Shown in pieces: positions 58,742-64,000 of a stretch of DNA of 64,000 nucleotides. Each line of letters opens with the position of its first letter. Position 1 is the stretch's first letter. Both the position numbers and the translations under genes were made by a program. Below the pieces are notes generated by a model, which ran no database searches, was not told where the DNA came from, and saw only the letters and a program-made list of their open reading frames with translations. The stretch is from an uncultured Candidatus Saccharibacteria bacterium. Lineage in GTDB: Bacteria; Patescibacteriota; Minisyncoccia; Phycocordibacterales; Phycocordibacteraceae. The stretch spans positions 55,599 to 119,598 of the forward strand of contig CAYHLC010000001.1 of NCBI GenBank assembly GCA_964357395.1. Reading direction: 5' to 3'.

Positions 58742-59447
58742 CCTCCCCTGGAGACAGACACGCGACCCGTACCGCATCTTGGTTTCTGAAGTAATGTTGC
58801 AACAGACCCAAGTTGATAGGGTGGTGCCGAAGTACAACGCGTTTATCAAGAAGTTTCCGACTGCCAAGGCACTAGCGCGCGCCCCACTTACTGACGTTCT
58901 GCGTTTATGGAGTGGGTTGGGGTACAACAGAAGGGCCAAGTACTTGTGGGAGGCAGCCAAGCGCTGGCCCAAAATCCACCGAGGCGAAACCTCGGTGGAT
59001 TTTGAAAGCTTGCCGGGTGTGGGGCCATACACGGCGAGTGCGGTGCGCGTCTTTGCCTATAACGAGCCGCACGTACTGATAGAGACCAACATCCGCACGG
59101 TGTTCCTACACCATCTCTTTCCAAAATCAAAAAAAGTACCCGACTCAAAGTTAGTACCATATATAGTACTGCTGCTGAAGGGCCAAAGGCCGCGCAAGTG
59201 GTACGCAGCACTTATGGACTACGGCTCGTATCTAAAGAAGCTGCATCCCAACCCATCCCGACGTTCCGCAGGTCACAACAAGCAATCAAAATTCAAGGGC
59301 TCTGATCGCGAGATACGTGGCGCCATACTGCGAGCACATCTAAAGGGTGAGCAGCTCTCCAAGTTGCAGTTCGATAGTGCACGCATCAAGGTGCTTACTG
59401 TCGCAATGCGGAAGGAGGGGCTCCTAGCGCGTATCGCGGACAAGTAG
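58680..59447 (+). CDS. mutY: A/G-specific adenine glycosylase, short form without Fe-S cluster
   Basis: LPWR, SEVMLQQTQV, GLGYNRRA, LPGVGPYTA, ETNIR. Confidence 0.92.
   Translation: MRLRALRRSALAHYKKFGRHSLPWRQTRDPYRILVSEVMLQQTQVDRVVPKYNAFIKKFPTAKALARAPLTDVLRLWSGLGYNRRAKYLWEAAKRWPKIHRGETSVDFESLPGVGPYTASAVRVFAYNEPHVLIETNIRTVFLHHLFPKSKKVPDSKLVPYIVLLLKGQRPRKWYAALMDYGSYLKKLHPNPSRRSAGHNKQSKFKGSDREIRGAILRAHLKGEQLSKLQFDSARIKVLTVAMRKEGLLARIADK
58970..59004. repeat. Perfect 15-bp-stem hairpin inside mutY (repeat copy 2)
   Basis: caaaatccaccgagg-cgaaa-cctcggtggattttg. Confidence 0.85.
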
Positions 59448-60581
59448 CAATCCGAAGGAGCCGAGGATGATGATGATTCCGAAGGTGAGGAATGCTGCTG
59501 AAAACGGGGCAGTGGCGAGGACTAGGCTTCCGATAAGAGGCGCAAGTATAGCAGCGCCCTGGCGCAAGGTGCGATAAAAGCTGATAAGGTTGCTGTCGCC
59601 CGCATTCACTTGCTTAAAGAAGAACGACTCAGCGGAAATCTCGAGTATGGCGCCACCAATATGGATGAGGACGATGATAGCTCCTATTGCAAATGCGGTC
59701 TCGAAGCCGGACGCGAGTGCGAGGTAGGAGACGCCCGCTATCATGGTGCCGAGGAGCATGAACTCTTTTTCGCCAGTGTAGTGGTCGGCTACCCAGCCGA
59801 TAGGGAGTTGGAAGATAACAAATGGAAGCATGTTGAGAGCAAATATTGTTCCGATGGCACTCCAGCTCCACCCAAGATGGTTGTGGAGGTAGAGCGGAAT
59901 AAAGACCGCGCTCGTGACAAAAATGAGTTGTAGCAGGAACTGCGCTACAACAGCACCGAGGAGTGATCGATTATGCGAGAGTGTCTGAATGGCATCCATG
60001 ATCCGCACCGTACGTGTTGCAACGTGGGGGATGGTGGCATAGTAGTTGAGTGCCAGGTATCCGCAGAGTGCAAATGCTGCAGCAGCGAGGAGGAATACCC
60101 TCCAATAGTCGCCGTTCGTGAGCGTCACTGCAATGATGATAGAGGAGATAAGTACCGCCATGTTGGAGGCAGTAAGGAAGAGGCCACGGGCCATGCCAGT
60201 CGACGTTTCCTCTAGGCCCACTATCTTTTCCAATATGACATCGAGGGCGAGAGCGACTATCCAGCCGGAGACCCACGAGATGATAAAGAAGAGGACTGCC
60301 GTAGTGGCCGTCTCGACGAACGAAAGCATGACGAGCCCAAATGCACCGGTGGCTGCTGCGGCAATCAGAACACGATGTGTGCGGAAGCGAGCAAAGATGC
60401 GCGGTGCTATAAGGAGGAACACCAAGGAGACTGCTGCGGAGAGTGAGAATGCGAGTCCCACCTGATCCTCGGGCATGAACTGCGAGAGGAAGGTGGAGTA
60501 GACGACGTAGGGGATATAGACGCCAAGCGCGCGGAGGAAGTTGCCGACGTAGATCGCGTTCGTGCGGAGTATCTCCTTCAC
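59424..60581 (-). CDS. MFS transporter
   Basis: About 12 TM helices, GWVADHYTGEK; GTG start 6 nt after TATACT. Confidence 0.88.
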   Translation of the reverse strand: MKEILRTNAIYVGNFLRALGVYIPYVVYSTFLSQFMPEDQVGLAFSLSAAVSLVFLLIAPRIFARFRTHRVLIAAAATGAFGLVMLSFVETATTAVLFFIISWVSGWIVALALDVILEKIVGLEETSTGMARGLFLTASNMAVLISSIIIAVTLTNGDYWRVFLLAAAAFALCGYLALNYYATIPHVATRTVRIMDAIQTLSHNRSLLGAVVAQFLLQLIFVTSAVFIPLYLHNHLGWSWSAIGTIFALNMLPFVIFQLPIGWVADHYTGEKEFMLLGTMIAGVSYLALASGFETAFAIGAIIVLIHIGGAILEISAESFFFKQVNAGDSNLISFYRTLRQGAAILAPLIGSLVLATAPFSAAFLTFGIIIILGSFGLLLVRDTR

Positions 60582-60593
60582 CCCACTAGTATA

Positions 60594-60630
60594 ACCCCGT
60601 GAGATAGGCGAAGCCGCCATCTCATGGGGT
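60594..60630. repeat. Inverted-repeat element related to 50850-50918
   Basis: accccgtgagat-aggcgaagccgcc-atctcatggggt. Confidence 0.8.
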
Positions 60631-60650
60631 ATATCGCGCGTTAGAGGCGT

Positions 60651-60950
60651 CTAGAGGTGGCCGAAGGCAAAGCCCGGGTTCTGTTTTTCGTGTTCGTCTG
60701 CTGCGACAGTAACGGCGCGGCCTTTGCGCATAAGATTGCCAAGTGCGGCTACGAAGACCGCTGCGGCACCGCCAGGCACCCCGTAGGCGACAGCAGTGTT
60801 AACAGTTTCGCCAAAAGAAATCCATTCCTGAACTACTGCAATTGGCGCTAGGAACGAGAGCACGAGTGCTAGGGCCGCATACCCGGCGATGCCTCCAGCG
60901 CGCCTATTTTCCACCCCTGCCGCCTTCAGTGCTTCAAGCGTGTCTGTCAT
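60651..60950 (-). CDS. Hypothetical small membrane protein (2 TM)
   Basis: Two hydrophobic helices. Confidence 0.6.
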   Translation of the reverse strand: MTDTLEALKAAGVENRRAGGIAGYAALALVLSFLAPIAVVQEWISFGETVNTAVAYGVPGGAAAVFVAALGNLMRKGRAVTVAADEHEKQNPGFAFGHL

Positions 60951-61064
60951 ACAACAATACCTACTCGCTGCAATTACCCAAAGTTACACAGCAAACCTGC
61001 CAAAAGTGGGGCCGTCGTGTCTTTCATTGTACTATTCGCGCGAATAATACTATGAGAGGATAAC

Positions 61065-61090
61065 AAAAACCCGCCGGGAGGCGGGTTTTT
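61065..61090 (-). terminator. Intrinsic terminator after rnj (symmetric)
   Basis: aaaaacccgcc-ggga-ggcgggttttt. Confidence 0.88.
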
Positions 61091-61103
61091 GTGTTCGGGT
61101 TGG

Positions 61104-63164
61104 TTAGACACCAATCAGGACTGGGATGACCATGGGGCGCTTGCTGGTCTTCTGGAAGAGGTAGCGCTCGACGTTATCGGTCAGCTCCTGCTTGACCATC
61201 TCGAGATCGACAGGGTTCATACCCTGCGTCATATCCTCTATAGATTTCTTGACCAACAGGCGTGCTTCGGAGAGGAGCCCCTGCGACTCGCGGAGGTACA
61301 CGAAGCCTCTACTGATAATATCTGGCGATTTCTTGAGCGTACCAGTGCGGAGGTTGACGGTCGCGATGATCACGAACATGCCGTCCGATGAGAGCGCCTG
61401 GCGGTCACGAATGACCACCTCCTGCATATCACCGATAGAGAATCCGTCCACCATCATAGGGCCCGAGGGGATCTTCTCCTTCCTCACGTTCAGCTCCGTG
61501 CCGTTTTTGATCTCGATCACAAAGCCGTTGTCAGGGATCACAACCTTTTCCTTTGGGAAGCCGGCAGCGATCTGCGCATTGGCGTGGTTCTTGAGCATCG
61601 AGTAGTAGCCGTATGCAGGCATAAAGAAGTTCGGGTTGACCTGGTTTCGCATCCAAACGAGCTCGCCCGTGTTGCCATGGCCGGTCGAGTGCACGTCAGA
61701 CGAGCGGTAGTGCACGATCGTGAGACCGTGGCGCAATAGGTTGTCCTTCAGCTTCTGGACCGCCATCTCGTTGCCGGGAATGACGGAAGAGGAGAGGACG
61801 ATAGTGTCGCGCTCGGTAAAGGCGATGTTCTTGTGCTTCTTGGTTGCGATACGCATGAGAGCTGCGTTTTCCTCGCCCTGTGCTCCAGTCGAGATGATCA
61901 CGATCTTGTCGGCTGGGTAGTCGTTGATGGCCTCCTCGGGAATGATGGTGCCTTTCTTGATCTTCAGCATCTCAGCACGCTCAGCGATCTCGATGTTCGT
62001 CTTGTGGGAGCGGCCGACAACAACGATCTTCTTGCCCAGGTTCTCTGCGGCCATAACGATACGGATCACACGCTCGAAGTTTGATGCGAACAAAGAGATG
62101 ATGATACGTCCCTTAACGGTGCGGATGATATCCTCGAGTGTTTGATGTACGCGAATCTCGGGGATGGAAAAGCCCTCGCGCTCCGCGTTGGTCGAGTCAG
62201 CAATGAAAATAATATTCTTGTCGCGACCGAGGTCGCCCCAGACTCGCTTTTCCTTATCTGATGGATCGCCATCCGTGTGTTCGAGCTTGAGGTCGCCAGA
62301 GATAACTATATTGCCGTGCCGGGTTTTGATTGAGAGGCCCATCGCGTCCGGAATCGAGTGAGTGACAGGGAAGGTCTTGACGGTCACTTGTGGGCCGCCG
62401 ACCTTGCCGACCATAACTGCGCCGCCTGGATCGACGACGTGCATGTCGAGCTTTGGCTGGTGAGGGAACTCCTCTTGCCGCTTCAAAATCATGAGACTTG
62501 TGATGAGCTGGGTGTAGATCGGCGGATTGCCGATGCGGTCCATGATGAAGGGGATACCACCAATGTGGTCGAGATGGCCGTGTGTGATGAAGAGCGCGAG
62601 GATGCGATCCTTATTGTCTTCAAGCCACCTTGTGTTTGGAAGGACGTAGTCGATACCCGGGGCGCTGCCCTCGCCGACGAACTGGAACCCAGCGTCGGAA
62701 ATAATAATCCCTTCCGGTAGTTCGAATGCGCACATATTGCGACCCACTTCCTCCACGCCTCCAAGTGGAATGACGCGGATAGTGTCCTGATCGAGTGCAG
62801 GCAGCACGACACGCTCTCGTGCCTCAGCCTCGTTGACTGGGTGGCGTGGCATAACTGGTGGGCGGCGGAAGTGTCCGCGAGCGCCTCCAGGGCCTCCGCG
62901 GCCTCCGCGTCCGCCGCCACGTGCTGGTGGACGTCCGCCTCTGTGTGGGGCTGGATGTGCTCCGACGCCCGAAGGGGTCGGAGTCCCGCCTATTCTGTGC
63001 GTCGGGACTGCTCCGTGTCCGTGTGGAGCAGGACGCGGGCCCTGCCCGTGACCTCCACGACCCCCAGGGTGAGCGGAAAATGGGCGTCGGCGCGGTGGCG
63101 ATCCTGCAGAGTAGGGGCGCCTATGTGGGCCTCCCTCTGGGGTTGCTGATGATGTTGAATCCAT
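61104..63164 (-). CDS. rnj: Ribonuclease J with a long N-terminal low-complexity extension
   Basis: PLGGVEEVGRN, THGHLDHIG, HSIPD, HSTGHG, PDIISRGFVY. Confidence 0.96.
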   Translation of the reverse strand: MDSTSSATPEGGPHRRPYSAGSPPRRRPFSAHPGGRGGHGQGPRPAPHGHGAVPTHRIGGTPTPSGVGAHPAPHRGGRPPARGGGRGGRGGPGGARGHFRRPPVMPRHPVNEAEARERVVLPALDQDTIRVIPLGGVEEVGRNMCAFELPEGIIISDAGFQFVGEGSAPGIDYVLPNTRWLEDNKDRILALFITHGHLDHIGGIPFIMDRIGNPPIYTQLITSLMILKRQEEFPHQPKLDMHVVDPGGAVMVGKVGGPQVTVKTFPVTHSIPDAMGLSIKTRHGNIVISGDLKLEHTDGDPSDKEKRVWGDLGRDKNIIFIADSTNAEREGFSIPEIRVHQTLEDIIRTVKGRIIISLFASNFERVIRIVMAAENLGKKIVVVGRSHKTNIEIAERAEMLKIKKGTIIPEEAINDYPADKIVIISTGAQGEENAALMRIATKKHKNIAFTERDTIVLSSSVIPGNEMAVQKLKDNLLRHGLTIVHYRSSDVHSTGHGNTGELVWMRNQVNPNFFMPAYGYYSMLKNHANAQIAAGFPKEKVVIPDNGFVIEIKNGTELNVRKEKIPSGPMMVDGFSIGDMQEVVIRDRQALSSDGMFVIIATVNLRTGTLKKSPDIISRGFVYLRESQGLLSEARLLVKKSIEDMTQGMNPVDLEMVKQELTDNVERYLFQKTSKRPMVIPVLIGV

Positions 63165-63216
63165 AATTGTATTAATTTTAATTTCTTATCTTTTACTTTT
63201 GATTTATAACTTTTGA

Positions 63217-64000
63217 CTATTTAAAGAGTGGCCAGACTCTCTCCTTTGTGAGGTACCAATCGGTAACTCCGATAAAGCGGTCCGCCGGTGTCGTCATAGT
63301 GGGGAGTGTGATTCCGCGGAGACTCGTCGGTACGAGGTACACAAAGTGTGGTGCGTATAGGAACACTGCGGCATGCTCCTCGGCAATGATCCCCGCAACC
63401 TCCTCGGCTGCAACGCGACGCTCCTCGGGGTCCTCGATAGTGCGGACCTCCTCGAGCATCTTGTCCGCTGTGGAGTTGGCATACATAGCAATGTTGAGGC
63501 CCGGGTCATTGCGCTGGCTGGAGTGCCAGAATGCAAAGAGATCTACATCTCGCCCGATGACCTCTCCGAAGAGGAGTGCGTCATACTTGCGGGGCCTGAT
63601 GATGCTCTGCTGCAAATCGCTCGCCTCAAAGAACTGTGTGGTCACTTCGGCTCCGAGCCCACGCCACGCTTCTGCTACTACCTCAGCAGCGTGCTTCAGC
63701 TCTGGTGCATTGCCTGTTACGAGTGTAAACGTGAGACGCTTGGTAGCCTTGTTTACAACCCTCGCCAGAACGCCGTCCTCGCCGGCACTCCAACCTGCAG
63801 CGGCCAAGCGTTCCTTGGCGCTAGCAAGATGGTCGACGTCTGGCTCATCGCCTGTGTCTAATACCTGCCGTGGAGGGAGTGGCCCCGAAAGCGGAGACCC
63901 ATAACCGCTAACCAGTGTAGCAAGAAGAGCCTTTTTGTCAAGTGCGTCGTCGAGTGCGCCTCGAACTATCTTGTCTGCAAACAACTCGTTCTGGTTTTGG
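63217..64000 (-). CDS. Peptide ABC transporter substrate-binding protein (family 5), partial
   Basis: Open to the window edge; IIRPRKYDALLFG, AFWHSSQ...GLN. Confidence 0.88.
   Translation of the reverse strand, partial: QNQNELFADKIVRGALDDALDKKALLATLVSGYGSPLSGPLPPRQVLDTGDEPDVDHLASAKERLAAAGWSAGEDGVLARVVNKATKRLTFTLVTGNAPELKHAAEVVAEAWRGLGAEVTTQFFEASDLQQSIIRPRKYDALLFGEVIGRDVDLFAFWHSSQRNDPGLNIAMYANSTADKMLEEVRTIEDPEERRVAAEEVAGIIAEEHAAVFLYAPHFVYLVPTSLRGITLPTMTTPADRFIGVTDWYLTKERVWPLFK

Overview
Gene-dense bacterial chromosome segment (genetic code 11; TGA is used as a stop). Gene content suggests a Patescibacteria/CPR (Parcubacteria-like) genome; this is an inference from a type IV pilus/competence cluster with no secretin in the cluster, split transketolase, minimal PheRS, short RF1/EF-Ts and isolated biosynthetic genes. 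Contents in order: comF, the pilM-N-O-B-RR-T-C-A-A-D-minor pilin operon, ligA, gatCA, an initiator tRNA interrupted by a 206-nt group I intron, the gap/rpiB/rpe/tkt sugar-phosphate cluster, a patatin gene broken by an 11-bp duplication, a lytic transglycosylase followed by two paralogous modules (propeller-like protein plus large Cys-rich surface protein), translation genes with tRNA-Thr, a two-component pair, redox/DNA-repair genes and RNase J. Best leads: (1) two tandem pilins with a 329-bp identical core between synonymously diverged ends; (2) the tiny tRNA-fMet intron; (3) the duplicated adhesin-like module with domain-in-domain insertions and a shared C-terminal APxFEE tag; (4) several families of short palindromes, some inside coding sequence and some ending in -10 boxes; (5) pervasive leaderless promoters, including two 17-bp bidirectional ones with identical geometry. 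No CRISPR array, rRNA, transposase, integrase or reverse transcriptase was seen. All calls are by eye; no searches were run.
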